This document shows positions 10,020 through 20,699 of a stretch of 64,000 nucleotides of DNA, piece by piece. The position numbers and the translations under genes are program-made. This DNA comes from Pelagomonas calceolata (Eukaryota), in NCBI GenBank assembly GCA_918797485.1, contig CAKKNE010000004.1, positions 1,984,001 to 2,048,000 on the forward strand, in the 5' to 3' direction. The notes beneath the pieces were generated by a model, which ran no database searches, was not told the DNA's origin, and saw only the letters and a list, made by a program, of their open reading frames with translations. Numbering within the stretch: the stretch's first letter is position 1; every line of letters starts with the position of its first letter.

Positions 10020-11501
10020 CTATCCCGTGTGCGTCAGGGGCCCGGCCCGGCCGAGCGCGTGCGGCGGCAGGTCCTTGCGGTGCGCCCCCCGCGGCGACGT
10101 CGCCTCGTTCGCGAGCCCGCGGAAGAGCGCGCCCGCCGGGCGCGGGTCCGGCGTCATCGCGCGGACGAGGCGTACCACGACGCTCGTCGCGCCCACCCGA
10201 AAGCGCGCGGACGGCTCGCCGCGCTCGTCCAGGAGGACCGCGTTCAGCCGGTTCTCGAGGTCGGCGACGGCGCGCGCCGCGGACCGCGCGGCGCGCCGCG
10301 CCACGCGCCAGCCCGCGCGCGCGCCGCCCGCGGCGGAGCCCTTCTTCTTCGTCTTCGGCCGCTTCGGGCCCCGCGGCCGCAGCTCGTGCTCGCGCGCGTT
10401 CGCCGCGGCGAGGCGCGCCCGCGCCGCGTCGAGGACGGACGCGCCGCACTGCGCGCGCCGGAGCGCGTCGCGCAGCGCCGCGTCCGGGTCCTGCGCGCCG
10501 CGGAGGTGCCGGTGCCACTCGAGCGCGTGGAGCACGACGGCACACGTGTGCGCGTCGAAGCGGGGCCCGGACACGCGGCACGCCGAGCCGCCCGGCAGCG
10601 ACACGCAGAGCGTCGGGCCCGCGACTTCCGCGGGCGCCCGCCGCAGCGCCTCCGCGTCGGCGAAGGGCTCCACCAGCACCGCCTGGCGCTCGGCCTCGCG
10701 CGCGAGCCGCTCGATGGTGCCGCGCTCGCGCCGGTAGCCCTCGAGCGCCGCGGCGTCCTCGCAGTCGCGCTGGCGCCGGAACGCGCGCGCGGCCGCCGGC
10801 GTCAGCGGCCGCGCGCGGCGCCAGCTGCGGCTCAGCGGCCGCGGCACGCGGTCCCGATCCAAGTTGCGCTCGCGCACCGTCTCGCAGTACTTGTTCGGGT
10901 GCGGCGACAGGCCCTCGTCGAGCGCCGCGCGGCCCGCCGGCGACATGGGCGGCGACAGCACGACGTTCGGCGACGCGACGGCTTTTCCGAAGGTCACGTT
11001 TAATGAGGGCGGCGGCGGCGGCGCCGCGCCCGACGGGAGGCGCACGCGCAGTTTGGGCCGCGGCGGCGTCGCGGGCGGCTTCTCGTAGGTCGTGGAGATG
11101 GGCTGCGCCGCCGGGATGGCGCACCGCTCGGGCGACGCCTGGTCGCGCCAGCCCTCTCTGACCACGGGCGCCGTCGCGCCCATCTCGGCGGCGTAGAGCT
11201 CCGCGAACGACCTAGTCTCTTCAGGGGCCGCGGCGGGGCGCGTCAGCTGCCGCGGCGTCAGCGTCACCACAGCTCTACGCGTGGCGCCGGCGCTCGGCGG
11301 CCGCCGCGTGGCGCCGGCGGACGGCGGCCGCCGCGTGGCGCCGGCGGACGGCGGCCGCCGCGTCCCCGCGAACGACGCGGCGGCGCCGGCGACGCCGAGG
11401 TTGAGGCCCGGCGTCCGGCCGCGCCGCCGCGCGCTCCGCGGCGTCACGGGCGCCCGCTGCGCCGGCGTCTGGCCGACCTTGGCATTGCGCGTGAGGCGCA
11501 T
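10020..11501 (-). CDS. Hypothetical low-complexity protein
   Basis: About 490-aa ORF with the most protein-like composition of the overlapping frames; start uncertain. Confidence 0.5.
   Translation of the reverse strand: MRLTRNAKVGQTPAQRAPVTPRSARRRGRTPGLNLGVAGAAASFAGTRRPPSAGATRRPPSAGATRRPPSAGATRRAVVTLTPRQLTRPAAAPEETRSFAELYAAEMGATAPVVREGWRDQASPERCAIPAAQPISTTYEKPPATPPRPKLRVRLPSGAAPPPPPSLNVTFGKAVASPNVVLSPPMSPAGRAALDEGLSPHPNKYCETVRERNLDRDRVPRPLSRSWRRARPLTPAAARAFRRQRDCEDAAALEGYRRERGTIERLAREAERQAVLVEPFADAEALRRAPAEVAGPTLCVSLPGGSACRVSGPRFDAHTCAVVLHALEWHRHLRGAQDPDAALRDALRRAQCGASVLDAARARLAAANAREHELRPRGPKRPKTKKKGSAAGGARAGWRVARRAARSAARAVADLENRLNAVLLDERGEPSARFRVGATSVVVRLVRAMTPDPRPAGALFRGLANEATSPRGAHRKDLPPHALGRAGPLTHTG
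11278..11363. repeat. 27-bp tandem repeat x3, encoding (TRRPPSAGA)n
   Basis: Unit gcgtggcgccggcggacggcggccgcc. Confidence 0.8.
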
Positions 11502-11930
11502 CGCGTATATGGCTACCGGCAAGCCCTACACTGTGCAGTCCTTTGGTCGTTTCTCTCGCCAAGGCTGCCTCAACCAACGGTGCGGGTGCGGGGCAGCCTC
11601 CGACGATCGCTGCGGCGGCGTAGGGCCAAACCTGCAGGTGTTCCGGCCGCCTTATCGTCTACCAAACGACGGTGCGCTGCGGCCGCCGCTGCACGCGAAG
11701 TTATGAGCGCGAGACGTACCGGAAGTCGTCCAGCCTCTCCCTGCAGGTCCGGAACCGTGCGAGAGATATGCGGCCCGCCCAAATTCAAAGCGTGCGGGGT
11801 TTCCGTCAACGCCGCTCTCCCGCATCCTCGCGTCCGGGCTACGCGTGTGCAACATCCGACCCGCTCCCGCGACGCCTGTAAAAAGAGCGAGCGCCCGACA
11901 AAAAGGGCAGCCAAGCGAATAGCCGCCACG

Positions 11931-12275
11931 ATGACGGGCCTGCGCCAGAAGATGGAGCAGGTCGAGTCGAAGTTCGAGGAGTGCTACACCATGATGGAGA
12001 ACACGGAGGGCACCGTAAAAGAACTGTGGGGCGCCGCAGAGGAAACGAAGGCGCTCGCGACGTCGCTCATCCGCGAGGCCGTCGAGAAGATGCAGGCCGA
12101 ATTCAAGGAGCGCGACGAGGAGATGGACCACAAGTTCTCGCTCCAGGTCGCCGAGAACAAGCGGCTGCAGGGCCACATGGCGGAGATCCGCAAGGAGAAC
12201 AAGCACCTCTACGCCCAGGTCGTCGAACTCCAAAAGCGGTGCAAGCTGCTCGAGGACGAGGTCTGCGGCGAGTAA
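11931..12275 (+). CDS. Small coiled-coil protein
   Basis: Heptad-rich 114-aa ORF with strong GC3 bias. Confidence 0.7.
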   Translation: MTGLRQKMEQVESKFEECYTMMENTEGTVKELWGAAEETKALATSLIREAVEKMQAEFKERDEEMDHKFSLQVAENKRLQGHMAEIRKENKHLYAQVVELQKRCKLLEDEVCGE

Positions 12276-12380
12276 GGACTTGGTTGGTGGATGTGAGGCT
12301 GAGGCTAGTTACGTCGCAGGGTTCCCCGTACCCCTCCCGCTCCCCCCGGGCCCACCCGTCCGGCTGGACTAGGACGTTCC

Positions 12381-12399
12381 CTAGTAAGTCTGTCGCTAG
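12381..12399 (+). promoter_or_regulatory. Paired-CTAG element (short spacer)
   Basis: CTAGtaagtctgtcgCTAGc upstream of the 12543 gene. Confidence 0.5.
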
Positions 12400-12542
12400 C
12401 ATCACTTGATGTCAAGGCCTTTGCCAAGCGCATGCATGGTTTAAACGTGTAAAACGCAGGGATTGGCAACGTCTTCAACAACACGAGTGCCGAGCGCGAA
12501 AGCCACGTGTTGAGAGCCGCTGGGCACAGCACAGCTGCAGTG

Positions 12543-13160
12543 ATGGAGGAGCAAGAGAGCACCACGCCGCTCGCCGTCGAGATCAATTTCCTGAGCGAGC
12601 TCCTCCGGAGCAACCGCCAGCAGCACCGCGCCGCGAAGCACTTCCGGCTGAGTTGCGCGCTCGTCGCGCGTGTCGGCCGCCTCGCGCCGCCGCCGGCCGA
12701 TAACGAGCGCGCCGCGGCGGCCTGCGACGCCGCGGCCGCGGTGGCGCTGGCCGCGGCGCGCGGCGTGCGCGAGGACCTGGCGCGGGGCTTCTTCGCGGCG
12801 CTGAACGCGTGCTGGCTCGCGTGCCTGGCGCGCGTCGTCGAGCTGCTGCGCCGCGACGCCGCGGCCCTCCGCGCGGCGGCGGCGCCCGCGTCCGCGGCGG
12901 CGGCACCACCCGCCGCCGTCGACGACGACGATGACCTCGGCGAGGCCGTCGGCCGCGCGGCCGACGTCGACTACTCGGACAGCGGCTCCGAGGACGCCGG
13001 CGCCGCGGTCCCCGCGTTCGTCGACCGGACGCCGGCGCCCCCGCCGCCGCCCGCGCCGGCGGCGCCGCCGCTGCTTCCGTCGCCCCCGGAAACGTGGACA
13101 CAGAAGAAGCGGCGGAAGCCGACGCTGCCGTCGCACCTCCGCGCGAAGCGGCGCAAGTAA
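12543..13160 (+). CDS. Possible NEPRO/Rmp1-like (RNase MRP subunit) protein
   Basis: LLRSNRQQHR...F and FFAALNACWLACLARV pattern; DDDLGEAV; basic NLS-like tail. Confidence 0.5.
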   Translation: MEEQESTTPLAVEINFLSELLRSNRQQHRAAKHFRLSCALVARVGRLAPPPADNERAAAACDAAAAVALAAARGVREDLARGFFAALNACWLACLARVVELLRRDAAALRAAAAPASAAAAPPAAVDDDDDLGEAVGRAADVDYSDSGSEDAGAAVPAFVDRTPAPPPPPAPAAPPLLPSPPETWTQKKRRKPTLPSHLRAKRRK

Positions 13161-13171
13161 CAAAAATTGTC

Positions 13172-14599
13172 TTAGGCTGCACCCCCGAGGACGTCCTCGG
13201 CGAACGGGTCCAGGTCCGGTGCGAGCGTCGTCACGTAGCGGTTCAGGTAGATCGCCTGCTTCGTCAAAAGGCCGAACTCCGAGGGCAAGACCAGATTGTT
13301 GTTCTCCGAGACGGCGATGACGTCGTTGACGATGGCCGCCGCGTCGTTGGCCTCCGTGGCCTCGATGGCCTTTTTTAAGTCAGAAGCGAAGGCCGCTTCA
13401 TCAAAGACGTCCGCGGCGACGCCCATCTCCCGCAATGCCGACGCGACACCGTTATAATCCCGCGGCTGGGCGTTGAACGCCGCGGCCAGCGCCACGACGC
13501 CGCCGTAGACCTCCGACGGCAGCGTGCCCACGATGCCGAAATCGATGAGGCCCACGCGGCCGTCCTCGAGCAACAACACGTTGCCTCCATGTAAATCGGC
13601 GTGGAAGAAGTCGTGCTCGACGACACTTCGCCCCCAGCACCGGATGACCGTCGCGACGCTCGCCGCAGCTTCGGGCGAGGCCGTCGCGTCCGTCAATCGT
13701 TGACCGTCGAGCCGCGACATCGTGAGGACGTCTTTCGAACATAGCTCGGGGATGGGCGTCGGCACGCAGACTTGCGAGGCGAAGCCCGCCGTCTCGAGGA
13801 AGGCGTCGAAACTCATGAGGGACTCGGCCTCCTTCGTCAGGTCCAACTCCCGTCTCGTCGCGTCGCGCAACTGCGCCGCGACGCTCCTGAGCGAAATTCT
13901 TTTCGTCTCCGGCGCCACGGCCTCGAGCAACCGAGCCGCCCCGTTCAGGAACGCGAGGTCGGCAATCAACGAATCCGCGACGCCGGGTTTAATGACCTTG
14001 ACGACGACGCGCTCCCCGGTACCTCTTAAAGTTGCGGCGTGCACTTGCGCGACGGACGCCGTCGCCAGCGGTTCGCGATCGAAGCTGGCGAAGGTCGTCG
14101 AGAGCCTTCGACCCAGGCTCTGTTCCACGGTCTTCTTGACGACGTGGAAGGGAATCGGCGGCGCGTCGTCCAGACACTTCTCGAACTCGCTCGTCCAGGC
14201 TTCCGGGAACAAAGTAGGCGACGACGCCACGAGCTGGCCGAGCTTCACGAAGGTCGCCCCCAGCTCCTCGAAGAGCTCCCTCGTCAACCGCGGCGCGTCG
14301 GTCGACCCCCGCAAGACCTTGGCCCCGACGTTGCTCAGGGCGCGCGTCGCCTTTAAGCTTCGGCGGAATGCCGCCGTCGGGTCGACATCCGCAGCATCGT
14401 TCTTTATGTCCCTTGCTAAATCCCTCTGCGTCGCGAGCGCGGGCACCTCGAGCGTGGCCGTCGCGCTGCCGGGGATGGGGATCTTCAGCAAAGGCGGTGC
14501 TGTTTCGTCGTCCGTCGTGGCGCGGAGCGGTGCCTGGTTTCGTTGCGTCGGGCCGAGGAATGCGGATGCTATCGGTAGCAGCACGCATGCCAGGCGCAT
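13172..14599 (-). CDS. ABC1K/UbiB atypical kinase, plastid-targeted
   Basis: LGATFVKLGQ, ATASVAQVH, VVVKV, FHADLHGGN, IDFG; signal peptide followed by ASAF. Confidence 0.9.
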   Translation of the reverse strand: MRLACVLLPIASAFLGPTQRNQAPLRATTDDETAPPLLKIPIPGSATATLEVPALATQRDLARDIKNDAADVDPTAAFRRSLKATRALSNVGAKVLRGSTDAPRLTRELFEELGATFVKLGQLVASSPTLFPEAWTSEFEKCLDDAPPIPFHVVKKTVEQSLGRRLSTTFASFDREPLATASVAQVHAATLRGTGERVVVKVIKPGVADSLIADLAFLNGAARLLEAVAPETKRISLRSVAAQLRDATRRELDLTKEAESLMSFDAFLETAGFASQVCVPTPIPELCSKDVLTMSRLDGQRLTDATASPEAAASVATVIRCWGRSVVEHDFFHADLHGGNVLLLEDGRVGLIDFGIVGTLPSEVYGGVVALAAAFNAQPRDYNGVASALREMGVAADVFDEAAFASDLKKAIEATEANDAAAIVNDVIAVSENNNLVLPSEFGLLTKQAIYLNRYVTTLAPDLDPFAEDVLGGAA

Positions 14600-14767
14600 G
14601 ATGCTTTTTAGGCCTTGCACAAGTGCAGCAATCCAAGGCTCTGTGGCCGAGTGATGAGTGATCGCTGCTGCTTTGCGTCGCGTTTCGTGGACAGCTATTG
14701 GCAGCGCGCTGCTGTGGTGCCAGCACGATGAGCTGCACGATGAGCTGGCCTCAAACTACTTTTTGAC

Positions 14768-14790
14768 CTAGTATTTCATTGACATACTAG
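14768..14790. promoter_or_regulatory. Paired-CTAG element (near-palindromic variant)
   Basis: cCTAGtatttcattgacataCTAGg in a divergent promoter. Confidence 0.55.
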
Positions 14791-14992
14791 GATTACGAGC
14801 CGAGTCGGCCTGCAGCGGAGCCCTAACAGCCTTCTCCGCGTTCTAGCGGAACGCACGAGTGCAACCCGACAACGACTCGGCAGCGCTGCGCCTTTCCGGG
14901 CCGCAGCGAGGGCGGCCAAGCAGCGAGAGACCCGCGAGACCCGCGAGCGCCAAAGGCAGACAGCGGCGCAGCGACCACAAAAAGAAGCAACC

Positions 14993-16189
14993 ATGGACGC
15001 CCAGCTCCAGCAGATCTCTAGCAAACCAAACTCGGAGCAGCCCGCGGCCTACCAATCATTGATAGACGCCACGGCCTCGAGTCAGGACGCCGCCGGCATG
15101 CGCACGATCCTGGAGCGGCTCCTGTCGGACGCCGTGCCCCAGGCCGCCTCGAGAGCCGCGGCGGCCCACTTCGCCCAGGCCATTCAAGCGAAAATGACCT
15201 CGGACGCGACGACCGACCTGTTGACGTGGTCGCTCGAACAAATAAAACGCCAGGCGCAATCTTTTGAAGCGTGCGACGCAACCCTAAGACAGGCGCTCTT
15301 CTCCCGCCTCGTCGACGCGGGTGATTATAGAGAGGCGGCGTTAGTCTTAGGCGGCACGAACGTCGAGAATAGCGCGAGGCAGTACTCGGCCGCCGAGAAG
15401 GCGACGTTGTACGTCACCGTGGCAGAGACGTTCCTCGAGGAGGACGAGTCCGTGGACGCGGAGGCCTACGTGAGCCGCGCGTCCGGCCTGATGCGGGACG
15501 TGTCTGCATCCGAAAACTGGGCGTTGCATTTGCGGTACCGCGTGACGCTCGCGCGGACCCTGGACGCGCGGCGCAAGTTCCTGGACGCGTCGATGCGCTA
15601 CTACGAATTATCCCGGGCGGACGACGCCAAAATTGATAGAGAGGAGCTCACGACTCTACTGGCCAAGGCCGTCACGTGCGCTTTGTTAGGTAATGCCGGG
15701 CCCCAGCGCTCGAGAATCCTCACTCTCCTCTACAAGGACGAGCGCCTCGACGACTTGGAGAGGAGCGCGGACTTCGCGGGCCACGCGCGCGTGCTCAAGA
15801 GGACGGTCACGGGCCAGCTCGTAAGAACCAGGGACACGTCGCAGTTCATGGCGTCGCTCATGCCGCACCAGACCGCACTACTAAGTGATGGATTGACCAT
15901 CCCGGAAGCGGCGATGATCCAGCACAACTTGGTGGCCGTCGCCCACATCTACTGCAACATCTCCATCGAGCACTGCGCGCAGCTGCTGGACGTGGCGCCG
16001 GGCCGCGTGGAAACGACAGCCGCCAAAATGATCGCCGCGGGGCGCCTCGCCGCGTCATTGGACCAGGTCGACGGCGTCCTCCACTTCCACGCTACTCAAA
16101 ACGCGCTGGACAGCTTCGACGAGTCCATCAAGGCGCTGTGCCTCGGCGTGAACGCGTGCTACGAGCACGCGGAGCAGCTCGCCGCCTAA
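14993..16189 (+). CDS. CSN4: COP9 signalosome subunit 4
   Basis: ARTLDARRKFLDASMRYYELS, AGPQRSRILTLLYKDER, IQHNL; C-terminal PCI domain. Confidence 0.92.
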   Translation: MDAQLQQISSKPNSEQPAAYQSLIDATASSQDAAGMRTILERLLSDAVPQAASRAAAAHFAQAIQAKMTSDATTDLLTWSLEQIKRQAQSFEACDATLRQALFSRLVDAGDYREAALVLGGTNVENSARQYSAAEKATLYVTVAETFLEEDESVDAEAYVSRASGLMRDVSASENWALHLRYRVTLARTLDARRKFLDASMRYYELSRADDAKIDREELTTLLAKAVTCALLGNAGPQRSRILTLLYKDERLDDLERSADFAGHARVLKRTVTGQLVRTRDTSQFMASLMPHQTALLSDGLTIPEAAMIQHNLVAVAHIYCNISIEHCAQLLDVAPGRVETTAAKMIAAGRLAASLDQVDGVLHFHATQNALDSFDESIKALCLGVNACYEHAEQLAA

Positions 16190-16207
16190 CGTACGTGTGT
16201 TATCTTA

Positions 16208-17718
16208 CTACGCCTCCTCGGCGTCGGCGACGGTCCCGTAGGCGAAGAGGAAGTCCTCGAGGAACTCCTCGGCGTCGATGCGGCCCGCGCGGGACGCCTC
16301 GCGCGCGACGACGCCCACCGCCCCCCGCAGCCAGGCGTCGACCTGGGGCAGCTTCGACCGCTGCCACTTGCGGTCGCCCTTGCCGGCGCCCGCGAGGTTG
16401 CGCACGGAGCGCTTCAGCGTCGACAGGGGCCGGGCCCGCGGCAGCTTCTTGAGCGACGCCGCCGCGACGGGTGGCAGGCGCTTCGCGAGGCCCTTGCGCA
16501 GCTTGAGCAGGTCGCGCCACGACCGCTTGACGACGATCGTCCGCGACGCGCCGCCGTCGACGGGGATCGCCACGCGGACGCCGTAGAAGCCCCGCTGCAG
16601 GTCGTAGGCGTCGACGCGCACGCGGAGCGTGGCGAGGGACCGGAGCGTGCGCAGCGCGCGGCAGACGGACGCGCGGTGGCCGCGCGGCGCGCCCGGCGCC
16701 GCCGCGAGCTGGAGCTCCCGGCCCCGCGCCTCGGCCGCGGCGGAGGCCATCTCGGCGACGATGGTCAGGGCCTCCTCGTCGAGCTTCGCGGCCTCCTCGA
16801 CCGACACGTCCGCGTCGTCGTGCGCCGCGTCCGTCGCGTTCGCCTCGAGCCTGCGCGCGTGGCGCGTCGACATGGCGTCGCGTCGAGACATGGCGTCGCG
16901 TCGACATGGCGTTGCGTCGACATGGCGTCGCGTCGATGGCGTCGCGTCGACGTGGCGTCTCGCGTCGACATGGCGTCGCGTCGACGTGGCGTCGCGTCGA
17001 GACATGGCGTCGCGTCGACATGGCGTCGCGTCGACATGGCGTCGCGTCGATGGCGCAGGGTCTCGACGCGCGGGACGAGCGGGCGATGGGACCGGGACGC
17101 CGCGGCGCGCCACTCCCAGACCAGCGCGAGGTCGATCATCTTGGCCACGGACTTGAGCCGCGCGCGCCGCTGCGCGACCATGCGGGCGCGCGCCTCGACC
17201 ACAGCCGCCTCGCGCGCGCGCCGCGCGCCGGACTCGCGCTCGCGCGCGCGCCGGGCCGCGCCGCCGTCGGCGAGGATCGCGCTGAGGCGCCGCAGCGCGC
17301 GGCGCTGCGCCGGCGTCGCGTGCTCGAGCGACGCGCGGCGGCCCGTCGAGCCGCGGCGGCCGACGCTCTTGCGCCAGGACGCCGCGCGCCGCGGCGGCGC
17401 GCCGTCCTCGTCGCTCGACGAGCTGTCGGACGAGTCGGGCGAGCCCGCGGGCGGCGGCGGCGGCGGCGCGCGGATCTGGGCCGCGAGCTCCGCCTCCATG
17501 CGCGCGAGCGCCGCGTCGGCGGCCGCGACGTCGGCCGCCGTGGGCTTGCTCGGCGACGCCGTCGGCAGCACCGGCGCCGGCGCCGGCGCCGGGGGCGCGG
17601 CCACCTTCTTCGTCGGCGTGAGCTCCTCGTCCTCGCTGAGGACCGCGAGCGCGTTCAGCTTCGACGCGAGGGGGCGCCGGTGCGGCGAGCGCGAGCGGGG
17701 GGCGGCGTAGGAGGCCAT
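16208..17718 (-). CDS. Protein with C-terminal PX-like domain; join(17093..17718,16208..16850)
   Basis: A GT-AG intron at 16851-17092 joins the frames (AAASR/LEANATD); VVKRSWRDLLKLRKGL...LP is PX-like. Confidence 0.65.
16862..17055. repeat. Intronic minisatellite of about 16-bp CGCGTCGACATGGCGT units
   Basis: About 12 degenerate tandem units fill the intron. Confidence 0.9.
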
Positions 17719-17959
17719 GGTCCGCGGACTAGCGGTCGCCTGCGCGCGAAGACGGGCTGCGTGGCGTCGTCTGCGCGTAACTGGCCCGTTCTCGGTCACG
17801 CTCACACGCCGGGGCGCGACGGCGCGGCGCCGCGGAGGTCCTGCGCGCGCAGTGAAGTGGGATTGCTGTAGCCAGCACGGGTGCGCGCGCTGCGGTATCA
17901 GGTGTATCTACGTCCTCGAGCACAACAATAACGTCGGTCTCTCTCACGAGTAATAGACA

Positions 17960-18990
17960 TACTAGGGGGGTCCGCCGGAGGCAGAGCACCGTTCGGTTCG
18001 CCAGCGGTCCAAAGAGATCCATCCATACGACGAGTAATGGGGCCCGGAAAAAGTAATTTCTTGATTCGCGGTCTGACGGCCGAAGTGGTCGCGCCAGTGG
18101 GGATTTTCCCACGAGACGCGATCTACAGCTGTCTTGCTATCGTTCGGGTCGCTAATGGTCCAAAGAGATCAATGGGACACTTCCTGGGAGCCGAAAAAAA
18201 TAATTTTTTTAATTCGCGATATTGACGGTCCCGCCATGACGGCCGCGCCGGTTGAATCCTGTCAATCCCTGCCAAACAGGTCTCCCTGGGGTCGCCTAGG
18301 GTCGGTACTATACACGTGCAATCGCCTACGCCGCAAGCGCCGCCGCTTCAATCATTTTTTGTCGATTTCTCTCAGCAGCCCACGCATCTTTAGCAACAAT
18401 AGGCCAAGGTTTGCTTTCAGCGCTCTCCGAGAGCACTAGGCTGCCGCATCGATGGCGTCTGCCGTACAGGCGCTTACCCACTACCAGACCTACCCCGAGA
18501 GGCCTCCAGGAGCCGATCTGCCCCCGAAAAAAGTTTGCAATTTGGACCCGATGGCGCCCCGTTCCCGTCAAATACGCAATTACCCAAGGGCCCCCAGTAG
18601 TCGCCATAGCGGCCTCGTTGGACCCCATACTACCCCACCGATAGTCAACTACAAGTATATGACATCTACACCACGAGAAGGGTACTTTGGGCTGCTCACG
18701 CTCGGGACGTGAACATCTTGATCTGGACCTCGCGCAAGTCGGTCGATCATGGAACAAATGATCGCGTCATGATCCATGGTGATGGTACACGGGCTGATGG
18801 TCGCAGGTCCAAGTAACTCGCCCATTTTAAGCAAGATCTTGGGGCTCGAGTCCGACAAGGCGCGGGAGCATTTAAGCGATTGGTGGCTGCACGCCCTTCT
18901 GAAGTACATCGGACTTCTCAGAACCTCCTACCGTCCTTACCAGCCGCTCCCACCTGTCCGGGCATTACGAAAATCGTAGTTCCGCCGGGA
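17960..18990. other. Lower-GC non-coding island with internal repeats; possible non-autonomous transposon relic
   Basis: Imperfect direct repeats at about 17991-18070 and 18142-18218; GGTCCAAA/TTTGGACC in both orientations. Confidence 0.35.
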
Positions 18991-19077
18991 TGTTAAAATT
19001 GATTAAAAAGTGCGGGTTTTATTCTCGTAGACATATATGCATATGTTGTAAGTAAAACAAACAAACAACATCCAACA

Positions 19078-20320
19078 CTACCAGATATCCCCCACCCGGA
19101 ACCCCTCGGGAAACGGGTCGGTCGGTCGACGACGACCTCGGCGCGCGGCGGATCAGGCGCCTCGTGATCGCGGGCACGACGCCCTCGGCCGTCACCCCAA
19201 CGAGCTCCCCGGTAAAAACCGAACCCACGACGGACTCGTGGACGAAGCGCTCGCCTAGATCGAGCTCGCCGCGCGCGTGGAGGAGCGCCATGATCGCACA
19301 CGTGCCGCTCCCGCAGGGGCTCCTATCCAGCATTCCTGAGTAGCCGTTGGACATGACGACCGTGTTCGTCGCGACGGCGCCGCGGCGCCACGGTCCCCGG
19401 AAGGCCATGATATCGGGACCTGGGTAGTCGAAGGTAGGGTGCTGCACGGGGCACTGCGCGCGCGCGGCGGCCTTGACGAGCTCGCCCGCGGCCCGCAGCC
19501 GCGCGCCGTCCCTCGCGTCGATCGCGAGGCCGAGGTCCGCGGCCTGCGGGCACACCTACACCGTCGGCGTACGGCGTCGCGGCGACGGCGTTGAATTCCG
19601 CACCGGTTGGAGCGTCGGCGATGGCGTACCACATGCCTCCGTACGCGACGTCGATGCGCACCTCTGCGGCGGCGAGGCCGATCGCGCGGCACGCGTCCGG
19701 GTCCAGCTGCACGACTTCATCGCGCACGGCGACAAAGGACGGTGGCCCGTCGAAGGTCACGGAGGCACACCGGCCGTCCGCGGCGAGCTCCGTCCGGATC
19801 GGCACCGGCCCGCTCGGCGCCTCCAGGACGAACCGCTCCCGCCGGTCCGCCGGCAACAGGCCGCACTCGACCAGGGCGGTCGCGACGCAGATCGTGTTGT
19901 GGCCCGACATCAGCGGATACACCTTCGCCTGCTCGGCGATGACCTGCGTGGACGACGCCTCACGGGACCGACGGCGCGTCGGACTCGGACGACGACGAAC
20001 GCGGCGTCGGCCTCGTCGAGCGTGGGCGGCACGAGGAAGTCGGCGTTCGCGCACGGGTAGCCCCGCGGCTCGTGGAGCAGCACCTCGCGCCAGCGGTCCA
20101 GCCGCGCCATGACGTCGCGTCGCTTCTCGAACATCGTCGCGCCCCGCACCCGGTCGAAGCCGCCGCCGTCGACGACGACCGTCGCCGGCTCGCCGCCGCA
20201 GTGCAGGTCCACGCATCGCAGGACGTCGCCGCGCCAGAGCCGCTGGGGCAGCGCAAACGCGCTCGCGCGCCGGAGGCCGCGCCGGCGCACTGCCCTCCTA
20301 AGGAATTGCGCGGCTGGCAT
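19078..20320 (-). CDS. Proline racemase superfamily protein; two introns (about 19944-19996 and 19544-19613), 3' end frameshifted
   Basis: DLHCGGEP, EPRG, MSGHNTIC, DVAYGG, DRSPCGSGT; DPFPEGF...W* lies in a shifted frame. Confidence 0.85.
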
Positions 20321-20503
20321 ACAATCGCGTCGATGGCGTAGGCGGTGTGACAGTGCTGCAGCTGGCAGGCTCTCCAGGTCGAGGAGTCGAACACTTTAGG
20401 TCGAGCAGATCGAGCAAGCACTGTCGCTGTTGCAAAATGAACCTATACGAGCAGCACTCGTGCTGTAGAGCTACGAACTACTAGTAGGGCACCGCTGCTT
20501 TTG

Positions 20504-20524
20504 CTAGTGTCTTACGACCGCTAG
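20504..20524 (+). promoter_or_regulatory. Paired-CTAG intergenic element
   Basis: ttgCTAGtgtcttacgaccgCTAGc in a divergent promoter. Confidence 0.7.
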
Positions 20525-20699
20525 CCGCTGCCGCAACCCGACCCGGGACGGGCTCGCGCTGCGCTGCGCCATAGAAATATCGTGCACATTAATCAAGGAG
20601 CGTCCCTGAGTGCTGCTGAGTGTGCTGCACGCTGCTAGTCAGCTGTACAATTAGGTGGAGCTCGTCGGTGCCCCGCAACACGCCGTCGACCGGAGCCGC

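Noticed and set aside
9985..11161. Several long overlapping ORFs on both strands (also elsewhere in the track)
   Set aside because: Arg/Ala/Pro-rich shadow frames are expected from stop-codon scarcity at very high GC.
16862..17055. CRISPR-like array
   Set aside because: Units are contiguous with no unique spacers, there are no cas genes, and the context is a eukaryotic intron.
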